In this document: in pieces, positions 1 through 11,094 of the stretch
Layout: every line of letters starts with the position of its first letter
Numbering within the stretch: position 1 is the first letter of the stretch
Assembly (NCBI GenBank): GCA_049472315.1
Contig: JBLIRN010000016.1
Span: forward strand, 1 to 64,000
Source: a bacterium
Lineage (GTDB): Bacteria > SZUA-182 > DTGQ01 > JAFGSM01
DNA: 64,000 nt
Direction of reading: 5' to 3'
Notes under the pieces: model-generated
What the model was told of the DNA's origin: nothing
Database searches by the model: none
Seen by the model: the letters and a program-made list of their open reading frames with translations, nothing else
Translations under genes and position numbers: made by a program

Positions 1-1256
1 ACTGTCAGAAATGGCGCCACGATCACAAAATAGCGTATGATTCGGTTTTTCCCCCCGCCTGCTATAAACCAATAGAATATTGAGATAAACAGCACAAAAT
101 CCCAGTAGATCACCTTGCGGGGCGTCTTTTTGTCGATCCCCCTGTATATGAAATAAATGAATGCCAGGAACACGGTGATCAGAAGGGGGATCCCCATTGC
201 CCCCCATAAGGAATTGATGGTGAGCGGTTCAAACCAGCTTGGGACGGTGCTGAAAAAATAGTCAAAAAACCATCGTTGGGTGCTTCCGTATTTTCCACCC
301 TGAACCGCACTCCCCATGCCCCTTTTTTCTCGTGCCGCCATGCCGAGGTATTGACGGTATCGGGTAATGAATGTGGGTGTCCCTATGAGAAAGCCGAGAG
401 GGATCATCCCAAGCCCTATACATGCATAGAGTAAAATCCTTCGAGATTGAATTTCATCTTTGTGGTTTTGCCACCAGCGCACAGCAGCGTTGAGCATATA
501 GGAGGCTGTCAGAAATACGGTCAGATATTTGGTGGATATGCCTAAGCCTATGAATAGCCCTGCCAGAATATAGTCCTTCAAGGCACCCCTGGTTATGATC
601 TTCACCACATAGACCATGGCAAGGATGGTCCAAAAGGCCAGGATTGCATCGGCCATGGGATATTTTGAATGTTTGGCATGGAGAAACATTACACACAGGA
701 AAAATGCTGACAGCAGGCCAATCCGATCGTCATTATCGAAGGCGATCTTTGAGAGAAAAAAACATATGAGTACCGTTAGGACGCCGGCCACAGCATTGTT
801 TAGACGCGCAAGGAGGTAGAAGATCGGCGGGTATGCATCATACACGTATCCAGGATCGCCATTGCGGAACAGGGTATCCATGGCCTCCTGCATGTTTTTA
901 TATTTCCCTGTCTTTGAGGTAATAATCCCATATCCAAGGGAATAGATCACATATTCTGCGGCAAGGAGATTGGTTAAAAAGGTAGGATATTGATAAAACT
1001 GAGGATCGATATCCCATTTCTTATGAAGGACGTTGTTGGCGATGAGCTTTGACCGCTTGACAATTTTTGTTTCATCGATATAGAAGATCCGGGGAAGCCC
1101 AAAACCAGCCCCCCAGAAACGAAGTACCGCGGCTATAATCATGATAAGGATAAGGAGTCCCCAAACCATGCGTTTATTGCTTAACGGTTGAGATTTGACG
1201 GGCTCACTTTCCTTTTTTATAGGTTGTTTGCAGGTGTTCGATTTTTTCTTTTTCAC
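1..1256 (-). CDS. GT-C fold membrane glycosyltransferase (ArnT/PMT-like, family 39/83); runs off the window start
   Basis: Not in the ORF track because it is truncated. Manual translation from GTG 1256 gives MKKKKSNTCK...LLILIMIIAAVLRFWGAGFGLPRIFYIDE...YQYPTF, i.e. a first TM helix ending in LRF followed by the loop DE motif typical of ArnT/PMT-like enzymes. Confidence 0.75.
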   Translation of the reverse strand, partial: MKKKKSNTCKQPIKKESEPVKSQPLSNKRMVWGLLILIMIIAAVLRFWGAGFGLPRIFYIDETKIVKRSKLIANNVLHKKWDIDPQFYQYPTFLTNLLAAEYVIYSLGYGIITSKTGKYKNMQEAMDTLFRNGDPGYVYDAYPPIFYLLARLNNAVAGVLTVLICFFLSKIAFDNDDRIGLLSAFFLCVMFLHAKHSKYPMADAILAFWTILAMVYVVKIITRGALKDYILAGLFIGLGISTKYLTVFLTASYMLNAAVRWWQNHKDEIQSRRILLYACIGLGMIPLGFLIGTPTFITRYRQYLGMAAREKRGMGSAVQGGKYGSTQRWFFDYFFSTVPSWFEPLTINSLWGAMGIPLLITVFLAFIYFIYRGIDKKTPRKVIYWDFVLFISIFYWFIAGGGKNRIIRYFVIVAPFLT

Positions 1257-1707
1257 AGTTTCTATAAGGTTCTTAGGATTGAATGAAAATATGTGCTAAC
1301 GCACTATCATGTACAATTATTCATGCTTTTTATCAAAGGATGTAGTCAATAACTTTGATAAAAATCAAAAAGATAGACAATTTTCGTGCAAGCCGTCATG
1401 GTGTTCCACGACTTAGAAAACGGTATCAAGTGCTTATTATATTTAGCATAGAACCGTATCCAATTCAATGTCATTGGTTAGAAATCGACAAAGCACACAG
1501 TGATTTCTTTGTTAAGGTTATATTTTCTTGAGGCCTTCTGATACTGATATTATTGGTTGCGTGCATATCGTGGTGACGTTAATACCTTCAATGTATGAAC
1601 GCCATTATCATTCTCCTTGCAAGTGGCATTCGATATCGACACAATGAAATCGACCAATAAGCCTGAGCAAGAGGGGAGCATGAGGAATCGTCAAGCACTT
1701 TGATCAA

Positions 1708-3399
1708 TCAGAACTTCCCTGACCGCAGGATTGATATCACCAGCCCAAGTCCCATGATCCCCGCAGAAACGAATCCCAGCACACCCAGCACCGGATAGCC
1801 GTAGATGGCGGGGCCGGTTTGAAGGGACATGATGATGGAGGAGCCCACGATGAGTGAGGAGATGATCAGGCCGAAGGCGATGCGGTTGCTGGACCGATCG
1901 ATCTCCCTAATAAAGTTGTCCAATCCCACATGTTCGAATTCGATCTTCAATTCACCCTTGATGAGTTTTTTGATCAGGGTGTTGACCTGGCCGGGAAGGT
2001 ACTTGAGTATCTTGGAAAGATTGGAGAGGTTTTTCACGGCATCCCTCAGGATGCGCTTTGGCTGAAACCGTTTTGTAAGGAGCCGCTGGGCATAGGGGCG
2101 CGAAATCTCCACGATGTTGAGGTCGGGATCGAGCTGGCGTCCCACCTCTTCGATAAAGAGGAGCGCCTTCCCTAGGAGCATGAGGTCGACCGGAACCCGC
2201 ATGTTGTGCTTCAGCGCCATGTCGAGCGATTTGTTGAACACCTCGCCTATGACAATATACTTGAGGGGACGTTCATAGTACATCTCCAGCAGGTCGATGA
2301 AATCCCGCTTGAACGAGCGCAGGTCGGTGTTGTCGGTGAGAAATCCCAGGCTGATATACTCCTCCATGAGGCGGTCATAGTCCTTGCTCATGTAAGCGAA
2401 GAAGATCTGGGCGCAGCTTTCGCGCACCTCCTCATCAAGCCTTCCCACGATGCCGAAATCAATAAGCCCGATGACCCCGTCATCCACCACCAGCATATTC
2501 CCGGGGTGGGGATCACCGTGAAAGAGACCGAATTCGAGGAACTGCTTGAGAAATATCTGGCTGCCGTTCTGGGCGAGCAGCTTTCGATCCCATCCCCTGG
2601 CGTCGATCTGTTTTAGATTGTTTATGGGGATCCCGGTAATCTTCTGGAGGATCAGGAGTCGTTTTGACGTGAGGTCCCAGTAAACGTTCGGTATGACCAC
2701 CCGGGTGTCTTCATCGAAAAGGGTGTTGAATTTCTGCGTATTGCTCGCCTCGAGGGTAAAATCCAGTTCCCTGTGGATGGATCTTGAAAACTGTTCCACC
2801 AGGCCGACGGGGTCATATACCCGGCTTTCAGGGATGTACCTTTCAAGCAAGTGGGCGATATGAAAAAGGATGTTGATGTCGGTGTCGATCTGCTGTTCGA
2901 TCTTCGGCCTCTGGACCTTGATCATCAAAGGGGTCCCGTCCGTAAGTGTCGCTTCGTGTACCTGGGCGATGGATGCGGAACCGGTGGGAAGCTCATTGAT
3001 GGTGAGAAAAGCCTCGCCTGAAGGGGAGCCCAATTCCTCTTCGATGGCCTTTTGAATAATGGGGAAGGGCAGGGGAGGGAGGCTGTCCTGGAGCTTCCTG
3101 AACTCCTCGATGAATTCCTTCGGCACGATGTCCGGTCTGAGGGAGAGGAGCTGGCCGAACTTGACAAAGGTAGGTCCCAACTCCTCGAACACGCGCCGTG
3201 CCCTGACGGGCATGGAGATTTTGCCCTTAGGCTTGCCGAGGGGAGGGCGGAAGGTTACCACCCTCATCCCCATGGAGAGGAAGTCCTGCAGGTGGAGCTG
3301 TTCGATAATCTGGCCAAACCCATGTTTTATCAAGACATTGATGATCTGGCGGAGGCGCTGGATATTTTTATAGGTTTGACCTATTTTGTAAAAGGGCAT
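1708..3399 (-). CDS. ubiB: ABC1/UbiB-family atypical kinase
   Basis: ELGPTFVKFGQ, SASIAQVH, IKVQRP, FHGDPHPGN and LIDFG motifs; two C-terminal TM helices. Confidence 0.9.
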   Translation of the reverse strand: MPFYKIGQTYKNIQRLRQIINVLIKHGFGQIIEQLHLQDFLSMGMRVVTFRPPLGKPKGKISMPVRARRVFEELGPTFVKFGQLLSLRPDIVPKEFIEEFRKLQDSLPPLPFPIIQKAIEEELGSPSGEAFLTINELPTGSASIAQVHEATLTDGTPLMIKVQRPKIEQQIDTDINILFHIAHLLERYIPESRVYDPVGLVEQFSRSIHRELDFTLEASNTQKFNTLFDEDTRVVIPNVYWDLTSKRLLILQKITGIPINNLKQIDARGWDRKLLAQNGSQIFLKQFLEFGLFHGDPHPGNMLVVDDGVIGLIDFGIVGRLDEEVRESCAQIFFAYMSKDYDRLMEEYISLGFLTDNTDLRSFKRDFIDLLEMYYERPLKYIVIGEVFNKSLDMALKHNMRVPVDLMLLGKALLFIEEVGRQLDPDLNIVEISRPYAQRLLTKRFQPKRILRDAVKNLSNLSKILKYLPGQVNTLIKKLIKGELKIEFEHVGLDNFIREIDRSSNRIAFGLIISSLIVGSSIIMSLQTGPAIYGYPVLGVLGFVSAGIMGLGLVISILRSGKF

Positions 3400-3427
3400 C
3401 AGATGACCTCAGGGGTGAGGCCTCCCA

Positions 3428-3760
3428 TCACTGTTTCTGTTTTTCGAGCGATGCGATCCGTTTTTCAAGGGCCTCGATCTTCTGTGTGAGCTTCTCTATA
3501 TCCTCCTTCGTGCAGAGGTTCTCCCGGGTCACATACCGCTTGACCAGTTCGGAAACCTTGGCCTCGAGCTCCTTGCCGGTGAGCTCGATCTTCTCGATCA
3601 TGTTTTTCAGAAGTCCTTCGCCCTCGCGTGTGGTGATCTCACCCCTTTTCACCAGTTCATTGATGAATGCCTTGGTCTTTTCCTCGGACAGGGCGATGAA
3701 TCCCAGGCCTGCATTGATCATTTTCTGCAAAAATTCCGAGAACTTGTGCTCCTCATTCAT
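3428..3760 (-). CDS. Phasin-like (PHA granule-associated family) coiled-coil protein
   Basis: AGLGFIALSEEK...ELVKRGEIT..EG pattern and C-terminal coiled coil; this family commonly sits next to ubiB. Confidence 0.75.
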   Translation of the reverse strand: MNEEHKFSEFLQKMINAGLGFIALSEEKTKAFINELVKRGEITTREGEGLLKNMIEKIELTGKELEAKVSELVKRYVTRENLCTKEDIEKLTQKIEALEKRIASLEKQKQ

Positions 3761-3773
3761 GGTTGCTCCCCCT

Positions 3774-6428
3774 TTAAGAGTTTATTCGTAATAATCCCTT
3801 GATGGCTTCGGGTACCGATGCAAGGGCATCGGGGATTCCCCCGGGATTACTCCCCCCTGCCTGGGCCATGTCGGGACGACCTCCGCCTGATCCTCCGACG
3901 TGTACAGCCACCTTCTTGACGAGATCGGGGGCCTTTATCGCGTGCGTGAGATCCTTGCTCACCTTGATAAGGATATGGGCCTTCCCCTTTACCTCAACGG
4001 CAAGGGCAATTATCCCGGAACCCAGCTTGTCGGAAAGCATATCCGCCATGCTGCGCAGTGCCTCCATATCCATGGTTGGACCGGTGGGGTTATACGCGAG
4101 CACCTTGATCCCGTCCACCTCCTGAGCCCTTTCCAGGATTCCCCCAATCTCCTGAAGGGCGCATTGGTTTTTCAATTCCCGGATTTCCCGTTCCTGGTCC
4201 CGCACCTGTTTGAGGATACGCTCGATCCTGCCCCTTGTCTCCGTCTCCGGTGTCTTGAGCATCTCTGCGATAGTCGCCACATCCCTTCGCATCCTCCGGA
4301 CATATTCATATGCATCCCTGCCGGTGAGGGCCTCGATCCTCCTGACCCCTGCTGCGATGCCGGTCTCGGAGAGGATGAGAAAGAGCCCGATCTGTCCGGT
4401 AGTCTCGGAGTGGGTGCCCCCGCACAGCTCTATACTGATATCGGATATCCGCACCACCCGTACCTGTTCCTGATACTTTTCCCCGAACAGGGCCATGGCG
4501 CCTGAATCGAGTGCATTCTGCAGCGCCATTTCCTGGGTGCTCACCGGTATATTCTGCCGGATCTGTTCATTGACGTGTGCCTCGATCCGTTCGAGCTCCT
4601 CCGGGGTGAGGGGGGCGAAATGGGTATAATCGAACCGGAACCTGTCTGCAGCCACCAGCGAGCCGGCCTGTCTGACATGGTCACCAAGGATTTCCCTGAG
4701 TGCGGCGTGGAGGAGGTGGGTGGCCGTGTGGTTTATGGCGATGGCGAAGCGCCGATCACCATTCACCTCGAGATATACCTGATCACCGGTTCCGACCGGC
4801 CCTCGCTTGACATTGATCCGGTGCACCATCAAATCGGCCATGGTGTAGGTGTCGGTGACATCGGCAAAGAAACCCTCGCCCTTCATAATCCCGCTGTCTC
4901 CAACCTGGCCGCCCCTTTCCGCATAGAACGGAGTCCGGTCCAGGATGACCTCGACCTCCTGCCCTTCCCCGGCCTGGTCGACCTTCTCGGACCCGGTGAT
5001 CACCGCAAGGATCTGGCCGGTGTCCGACGTGGCTTCATATCCTGAAAAAAGCGTTCGGGGAAGTTGCGTTGCCAGGTCCCTGTAGACCTCCTTGACCTCC
5101 TTAGCCCCGGAACCCTGCCAGTGCCTTCGCGCCTGTTCCCGCTGCTGTGCCATGGCATCCTCGAATTCGGCCTGGTTGAACCCAAGACCCTGCTCTGCAA
5201 GGATCTCCTGGGTGAGGTCCATGGGGAAGCCATAGGTGTCGTAGAGGCGAAAGATCTCCCTCCCGGGGATCTCCTTTTTCTTCGTCTTCTTGGATGATTC
5301 GATTATCTCGTTGAGCAGTGAAAGTCCGCGATCGAGGGCATACTGGAATCGCTCCTCTTCCTGGCTGGTAATGGTGGAGATATAGGTGCGGTTGTCTGCG
5401 AGTTCAGGGTAGGGGCCGTGCATGGCCTCCGCGACCGCCGATACGAGCCTGTGCAAAAAAGGCCTGTCGATGTTGATGAGCTTCCCATGCCGGGCGGCCC
5501 TTCTGATGATACGTCTCAGCACGTACCCCCTCCCCTCGTTTGAGGGGAGCACGCCGTCTGCGATGAGAAAGGCGATTGCCCTCAGATGGTCCGCGATGAC
5601 CCGGAATGAGATGTCGGCGGCCCGGTGCCGCCCATACCGCTGGTCGGTCTCCCCCTCGATCGCCCTGATGATCGGGGTAAACAGGTCGGAGTCGTAATTT
5701 GATTTCCCCCCCTGAAGGGCTGTGGTGATTCGCTCCAGCCCCATGCCCGTGTCTATGCTCGGTTTCGGGAGGGGGGACATTGTCCCGTCATCATGACGTT
5801 CGAACTGCATGAACACGAGATTCCAGATCTCCAGATACCGGTCGCACTCGCACCCCACCCTGCAGTCCGGCCTGCCGCAGGAAAATTCGGGGCCCTGGTC
5901 GATGATGATCTCGGAGCAGGGACCGCACGGTCCGGTATCTCCCATGGACCAGAAATTGTCCTTTTCCCCCATGGCTACGATCCGTTCGGCAGGGATGCCG
6001 ATCTCCCTGCTCCATATATCGGCTGCCTCCCGGTCCTCGTGAAAGACCGTGACCCAGAGGGGATCCTTGGGTATACCGAGGCGGGCGGTCAAGAACTCCC
6101 AGGCCATGCGGATGGCATCCCTCTTAAAATAATCCCCGAACGAGAAGTTTCCCAGCATCTCAAAAAAGGTGTGATGCCGGGCGGTATAGCCGACGTTTTC
6201 CAGATCGTTGTGTTTTCCTCCTGCACGGACACACTTCTGGCAGGTGGCAGCGCGCGAATAGGGTCGTGTCGTCTGGCCGGTAAAGACATCCTTGAATTGG
6301 ACCATTCCCGCATTGGTAAAAAGGAGGGTGGGATCATGGGCGGGCACCAGGGAGGAACTGGGAAGAATGGTGTGTCCCTTTTCACTGAAGTAGTCGAGAA
6401 AGGCCTGTCTGATCTCCGCCCCTTTCAT
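3774..6428 (-). CDS. alaS: Alanine--tRNA ligase
   Basis: TLLFTNAGMVQFK, HHTFFEMLGNFSFGDYFK, editing-domain HTATHLLH and ELCGGTH, C-terminal GGGRPDMAQAGG. Confidence 0.99.
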   Translation of the reverse strand: MKGAEIRQAFLDYFSEKGHTILPSSSLVPAHDPTLLFTNAGMVQFKDVFTGQTTRPYSRAATCQKCVRAGGKHNDLENVGYTARHHTFFEMLGNFSFGDYFKRDAIRMAWEFLTARLGIPKDPLWVTVFHEDREAADIWSREIGIPAERIVAMGEKDNFWSMGDTGPCGPCSEIIIDQGPEFSCGRPDCRVGCECDRYLEIWNLVFMQFERHDDGTMSPLPKPSIDTGMGLERITTALQGGKSNYDSDLFTPIIRAIEGETDQRYGRHRAADISFRVIADHLRAIAFLIADGVLPSNEGRGYVLRRIIRRAARHGKLINIDRPFLHRLVSAVAEAMHGPYPELADNRTYISTITSQEEERFQYALDRGLSLLNEIIESSKKTKKKEIPGREIFRLYDTYGFPMDLTQEILAEQGLGFNQAEFEDAMAQQREQARRHWQGSGAKEVKEVYRDLATQLPRTLFSGYEATSDTGQILAVITGSEKVDQAGEGQEVEVILDRTPFYAERGGQVGDSGIMKGEGFFADVTDTYTMADLMVHRINVKRGPVGTGDQVYLEVNGDRRFAIAINHTATHLLHAALREILGDHVRQAGSLVAADRFRFDYTHFAPLTPEELERIEAHVNEQIRQNIPVSTQEMALQNALDSGAMALFGEKYQEQVRVVRISDISIELCGGTHSETTGQIGLFLILSETGIAAGVRRIEALTGRDAYEYVRRMRRDVATIAEMLKTPETETRGRIERILKQVRDQEREIRELKNQCALQEIGGILERAQEVDGIKVLAYNPTGPTMDMEALRSMADMLSDKLGSGIIALAVEVKGKAHILIKVSKDLTHAIKAPDLVKKVAVHVGGSGGGRPDMAQAGGSNPGGIPDALASVPEAIKGLLRINS

Positions 6429-7375
6429 GTCACATCCATCATCCTTTGTAGGGCCTTGCGGGCCTTTGTGCGTATCTTTTCGGGGATTTCGATTATCGTT
6501 TCCATGTTCTCCAAAGATGCGGCCAGTCGCTCCAGGGTGATCAGTTTCATGTGTTCACATATCATTCTATCGGAAACCGGATAAAATGTATACTCGGGGA
6601 AGTCCTTTCGAAGCCGGTAGACCATCCCGATCTCGGTTCCCACGATGAATTCCTTGGCCCCTGATTCCCTTACATATCGCGCCATTCCGGCAGTGCTCGA
6701 CACGCAATCCGCCAGTTCCAGGACTTCCGGCCTGCACTCGGGATGCGCGATGAACCGCGCATCGGGATGCGCTTCGGTGACCCTGAGCGCATCCTTCAGG
6801 GTGAGGAGGTGATGGGCGCTGCAATAGACATCGGCACAAAAGACCCTTTTGTCCGTATGGAGGCCGGCGTAGTGGCCGAGATTATGATCGGGCACAAAAA
6901 CGATTTCATTATATCCCTTCATCGCGTTGACCACCTGGATCGCATTGGCGGATGTGCAGCATATGTCGCTCTCCGCCTTGATCTGGGCGCTGGAATTGAC
7001 GTAACAGACCACTGCCGCCCTGGGATGCCGGGCCTTTAATGTCTTCAAGGTGTCGAGGCTCAGGTCGTCCGCCAGGGAACAGCCTGCCTCCGGAGCAGGG
7101 AGGATAACCCTTTTTTCAGGGCAGAGGATGGCCGCACTTTCCGCCATAAACCGGACACCGCAAAAACATATGACCTCCGCCTCGGATGCGGCGGCCATGC
7201 GGCACAGTCCCAGTGAATCCCCTAAATGGTCGGCAATGTCCTGTATCTCTGGTCGTTGGTAGTTATGTACCAGGATAATCGCATTGCGCTCCCGTTTCAG
7301 GCGATCGATTCTTTTGACGAGCTCTATGTCCGCTGTATTGGTGGAAGTTGTCGTATCAATGGACATTGCGGTCAC
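6425..7375 (-). CDS. nadA: Quinolinate synthase
   Basis: HNYQRPEIQ, GDSLGL, FCGVRFMAE, YVNSSA, AHPEC and CEHMK motifs. Confidence 0.97.
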   Translation of the reverse strand: MTAMSIDTTTSTNTADIELVKRIDRLKRERNAIILVHNYQRPEIQDIADHLGDSLGLCRMAAASEAEVICFCGVRFMAESAAILCPEKRVILPAPEAGCSLADDLSLDTLKTLKARHPRAAVVCYVNSSAQIKAESDICCTSANAIQVVNAMKGYNEIVFVPDHNLGHYAGLHTDKRVFCADVYCSAHHLLTLKDALRVTEAHPDARFIAHPECRPEVLELADCVSSTAGMARYVRESGAKEFIVGTEIGMVYRLRKDFPEYTFYPVSDRMICEHMKLITLERLAASLENMETIIEIPEKIRTKARKALQRMMDVT

Positions 7376-7411
7376 CCCCAGAAAGACGTTGGATTTCTGC
7401 CTGTGAAACGA

Positions 7412-8254
7412 TCATTCCCATACAATATCCCTTATGCGAATATGATCAGGGTATTGCTGTTTCATAGTATGCGAGGTGTTCGTATGAACGAAACTCCGTT
7501 TAAGATGGTGCGCCCGAATCGATACGGTGTAATCATCCTGAATAGCGATAATGAGGTATCCATGGAGGTATTTATGTTTTTCTCGCGAGTAGTTCATCGT
7601 GGGTACTGAAATCACGCACGGCTGGTTCACCTCGATATCCTTGTCCAGTTCCAAGTCAATACTCTTTATGCCGATGCCGTTTCTTGCCTGCATTTGAAAT
7701 TTATGCTCATGGGAGGCGAACACAGGTTTCGAAATCATATTATGCATCAGGTACATCTCATTACTGTATCCATTGTTCGAGTAGAATGGTTTTGCAGCGC
7801 AGCAATGCACTAGGTCGAAACATTCCGTTTCTATTTTGTCAGGGAACCTGAGTAGGCTTTCATACAGGTCGGGTTGTTCCTTCAGGGACCGATTAAGCCG
7901 TTTGTCGAATTCATTAACCCTCCGGGAATATCGATGCCTGGTGTCACATTGCAGCACTTTTCGACAATGATTCCCTCGTACGACCATGATGTTGTGCGCT
8001 AAGGTGAATCTGAGGCAATCGATGCAATCCTCCACTGACGCTTGTGTCCCGAACATATCACCGAGATGGAATATCCCTTTGATATCGTAATGGGTTTCGA
8101 GGATCTCGCTGACAGTTTCCTTGTAAACATCGAAATAGCCATGATTATCCGCTATGATGGCATATCTTCCCATAGGGATATCCAGTTTCCATAGAATGCT
8201 CTGCTTGCGCAGCCTTTTTGTCACGCTCGAGCGTCTTCTTCTGAGAAAGAACAT
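7412..8254 (-). CDS. Calcineurin-like metallophosphoesterase, divergent
   Basis: Motif order DNHG, LGD, RGNH, VH, SHEH matches the metallophosphoesterase pattern. Confidence 0.7.
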   Translation of the reverse strand: MFFLRRRRSSVTKRLRKQSILWKLDIPMGRYAIIADNHGYFDVYKETVSEILETHYDIKGIFHLGDMFGTQASVEDCIDCLRFTLAHNIMVVRGNHCRKVLQCDTRHRYSRRVNEFDKRLNRSLKEQPDLYESLLRFPDKIETECFDLVHCCAAKPFYSNNGYSNEMYLMHNMISKPVFASHEHKFQMQARNGIGIKSIDLELDKDIEVNQPCVISVPTMNYSREKHKYLHGYLIIAIQDDYTVSIRAHHLKRSFVHTNTSHTMKQQYPDHIRIRDIVWE

Positions 8255-8528
8255 GGTAACTCCTTCTCATAATGGATTATAAAATAAAAGATAACCCTTA
8301 TCAACTCATTCCCGTTAAGGGATGAGGAATGTGAGAAGCGGTGAAGGAAAAAAGGTCTTGACCAGACAAAAAGGGTATCACTCCGGAATTATATATGAAC
8401 GAAAAACCGTAAAAAAAAGACACCAAGTTCCCCCCCATACAAGACGTCCATCAGGAGAGAATCTGATGTCGTATTGTTACTATAGCATACTTCCCGATCT
8501 CATACCATAGCGCATGAAAACCGCACAG

Positions 8529-8591
8529 CGCACGAAATCCAGCGCAAAATCCACAGTGCACGAAATCCACGAAATCCAGTGCACGGAATCC
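8529..8591. repeat. Imperfect short tandem repeat with (GCAC)GAAATCCA core, about 5 copies
   Basis: gcacgaaatcca gcgcaaaatcca cagtgcacgaaatcca cgaaatcca gtgcacggaatcc. Confidence 0.7.
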
Positions 8592-8620
8592 GGCGTTTGG
8601 GGAGGTTTATAAGGAAGGTA

Positions 8621-9931
8621 TCAGCTTGGAAGGCTTTCCATCCGGATGCACAGGGTGCTGTCGAGCACCATGGGGAGGCGATCAATCTCCGCAAGGGCAT
8701 TCTGGAGATCCGACTCCAGTGCCTCGTGGGTCATCATAATGATGGGGACTCCTCCTTTCTCACCTCTTCCCTTTTGTATAACGGACGCAATACTGATATT
8801 GTGTTCACCGAGAATCCCCGATATGGCGGAGAGGACCCCCGGACGGTCCATGGCGGAGACGCGCAGGTAGTATTCGGATCGTATATTGCGGATGTCCTGC
8901 AGATGTTTGTCCTTGGATTTGAGGGCATGGTGAATGGTAGGGGTAACCCTCCCCGGGGTGGAGTAGAGCACATCCCGCGCGATTTCCATAACATCGCTCA
9001 GTACCGCGTTGGCGGTAGGCAATTGCCCGGCGCCCTGTCCATAGAACATGGTTGGCCCGGTGTACCCCCCGATGAGGTAGATGGCGTTATACACCCCATC
9101 CACCGATGCAAGCATGTTATCCTCAGGGATCATGGTGGGGTGCACACGCACCTCCAATCCATCCTCGTCGTTTTTTGCCAGGGCCAGGAGCTTGATCCTG
9201 TAACCCAATTCCGCTGCAAAGGTGAGATCGAGCAGGGTGATCCGGTCGATCCCCTCGGTGTATATCTCCTTCAGTTGTATCCCCTTGCCGAAGGCCAAGG
9301 CGCTCAGGATGGCCAGTTTGTGTGCCGTATCCAAACCCTTGATATCATAAGTGGGGTCGGCCTCCGCGTATCCCAACTGCTGTGCCTCTGCCAGCACCTC
9401 GTCAAAATCCCTTTTCTCCTCGAACATCCTGGTGAGGATGAAATTGGCGGTGCCATTGATAATCCCGTAGATGGCGTGGATCCGGTTTGAGACGAATCCC
9501 TCGGTTATTGCGCGAATGATGGGGATCCCTCCGCCCACGCTCGCTTCGAAGCCGATATCCACGCCCTTGGTCCGGGCCCTTTCGAATATCTCCGCACCGT
9601 GCTGGGCAAGGAGTGCCTTGTTCGCCGTAATTACCTGTTTGCCCTGATCGATGGCCTTGAGAATAAAGGAGCGGGCAGGTTCGATCCCGCCGATCAATTC
9701 GATGACGATGTGGATCTCCGGATCATCCAGGATCTCGTTCGCATCTTTGGTAAGGCGGTCGGCGGGGATACGCACGTCCCGCGGCGTGGTGATGTCGAGA
9801 TCCGCAATCCGCCTGAGAACGATTTCCGCACCGAGACGCTCGGACAGGGATGCGGAGCATTGTTCCAGGATCTTGGTTACGCCGACACCAACGGTACCCC
9901 ATCCGATCAGCCCGAGATTGATCTGTTTCAT
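8621..9931 (-). CDS. hom: Homoserine dehydrogenase with C-terminal ACT domain
   Basis: GWGTVG Rossmann motif, [35 protein letters not shown] domain DRPGVL. Confidence 0.97.
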   Translation of the reverse strand: MKQINLGLIGWGTVGVGVTKILEQCSASLSERLGAEIVLRRIADLDITTPRDVRIPADRLTKDANEILDDPEIHIVIELIGGIEPARSFILKAIDQGKQVITANKALLAQHGAEIFERARTKGVDIGFEASVGGGIPIIRAITEGFVSNRIHAIYGIINGTANFILTRMFEEKRDFDEVLAEAQQLGYAEADPTYDIKGLDTAHKLAILSALAFGKGIQLKEIYTEGIDRITLLDLTFAAELGYRIKLLALAKNDEDGLEVRVHPTMIPEDNMLASVDGVYNAIYLIGGYTGPTMFYGQGAGQLPTANAVLSDVMEIARDVLYSTPGRVTPTIHHALKSKDKHLQDIRNIRSEYYLRVSAMDRPGVLSAISGILGEHNISIASVIQKGRGEKGGVPIIMMTHEALESDLQNALAEIDRLPMVLDSTLCIRMESLPS

Positions 9932-11094
9932 AGTATCTGCTTGATGCCCCTTATGGCCTGTCTTGTTCGGTGCTCGTTTTCAACCAGGGCGAATCGGACG
10001 AACTGGTCACCGCCTTCCCCGAATCCGATGCCCGGTGAAACGGCGACCTTGGCCTTTTCGATGAGCATCTTGGAAAATTCAAGGGAACCCATGGAAAGAT
10101 ATTGATCGGGGATCTTCGCCCAGACGAACATGGTGGCCTTGGGTTTTTCAATGTTCCATCCGATTCGGTTGAGTCCGTCGACCAGTACGTCTCTGCGGCT
10201 TCGGTAGACCTCGCGAATCTCTTCCACACAATCATCCGGACCGTTGAGTGCAATGATGCCTGCGATCTGTATGGGCTGGAAGATGCCGTAGTCAAGGTAG
10301 CTCTTTATCCTGGTCAGGGCGGCGATGATTTCGGGATTCCCGACGCAGAAACCGACCCTCCACCCCGCCATATTATAGCTCTTTGAAAGGGTGACGAATT
10401 CCACCCCCACATCCTTGGCCCCGGGCACCTGGAAGAGGCTGGGTGCCTCGTACCCGTCAAATACAAGATCCACATAGGCAAAATCATGGATGAGGATGAT
10501 GTCATGCGTACGTGCCAATTCCACCGCCTTGCGGAAGAATTCGAGGTCTACCACCCTGGTGGTCGGATTGTGGGGAAAACTCAGGATCATCACCTTTGGC
10601 TGCGGCCAGGTGAATTTCAGGGCCTGTTCCAATTCCGCGATGAAGTTATTCGACAGGGTCAGCGGGATGCTGCGCACATCAGCACCGGCAATAATCGCAC
10701 TGTAGGCATGGATGGGGTAGGTGGGGGTGGGAACGAATGCCACGTCTCCCGGACCCATCAATCCGAGAATGAGGTGAGAGAGCCCCTCCTTTGCGCCGAT
10801 GGTGACGATGGCCTCTTTCTCGGGATCGAGCTCGCACCCGAACCGTCTCGCATACCAGTCGCATATGGCAAGCCGGAGCTTGTAGATTCCCCTCGATGCG
10901 GAATAGCGGTAGTTGCGCGGGTTCCTTGCCGCCTCGCACAGCTTTTCCACGATATGAGGCGGGGTGCACCCATCGGGGTTTCCCATGCCCAGATCGATAA
11001 TATCCTCGCCCTTGTGGCGTGCATCCATCTTGAGTTGATTGATGATGTTAAATACGTACGGCGGCAGTCTCTTTATACGCGGGAATCGTTCCAT
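9928..11094 (-). CDS. alaC: Class I/II PLP aminotransferase, AlaC-like
   Basis: [47 protein letters not shown]; adjacent to hom. Confidence 0.85.
   Translation of the reverse strand: MERFPRIKRLPPYVFNIINQLKMDARHKGEDIIDLGMGNPDGCTPPHIVEKLCEAARNPRNYRYSASRGIYKLRLAICDWYARRFGCELDPEKEAIVTIGAKEGLSHLILGLMGPGDVAFVPTPTYPIHAYSAIIAGADVRSIPLTLSNNFIAELEQALKFTWPQPKVMILSFPHNPTTRVVDLEFFRKAVELARTHDIILIHDFAYVDLVFDGYEAPSLFQVPGAKDVGVEFVTLSKSYNMAGWRVGFCVGNPEIIAALTRIKSYLDYGIFQPIQIAGIIALNGPDDCVEEIREVYRSRRDVLVDGLNRIGWNIEKPKATMFVWAKIPDQYLSMGSLEFSKMLIEKAKVAVSPGIGFGEGGDQFVRFALVENEHRTRQAIRGIKQIL

Noticed and set aside
8529..8591. Short repeats as a CRISPR array (also 28041-28129 and 51794-51832)
   Set aside because: No unique spacers of regular length, too few copies, no cas genes
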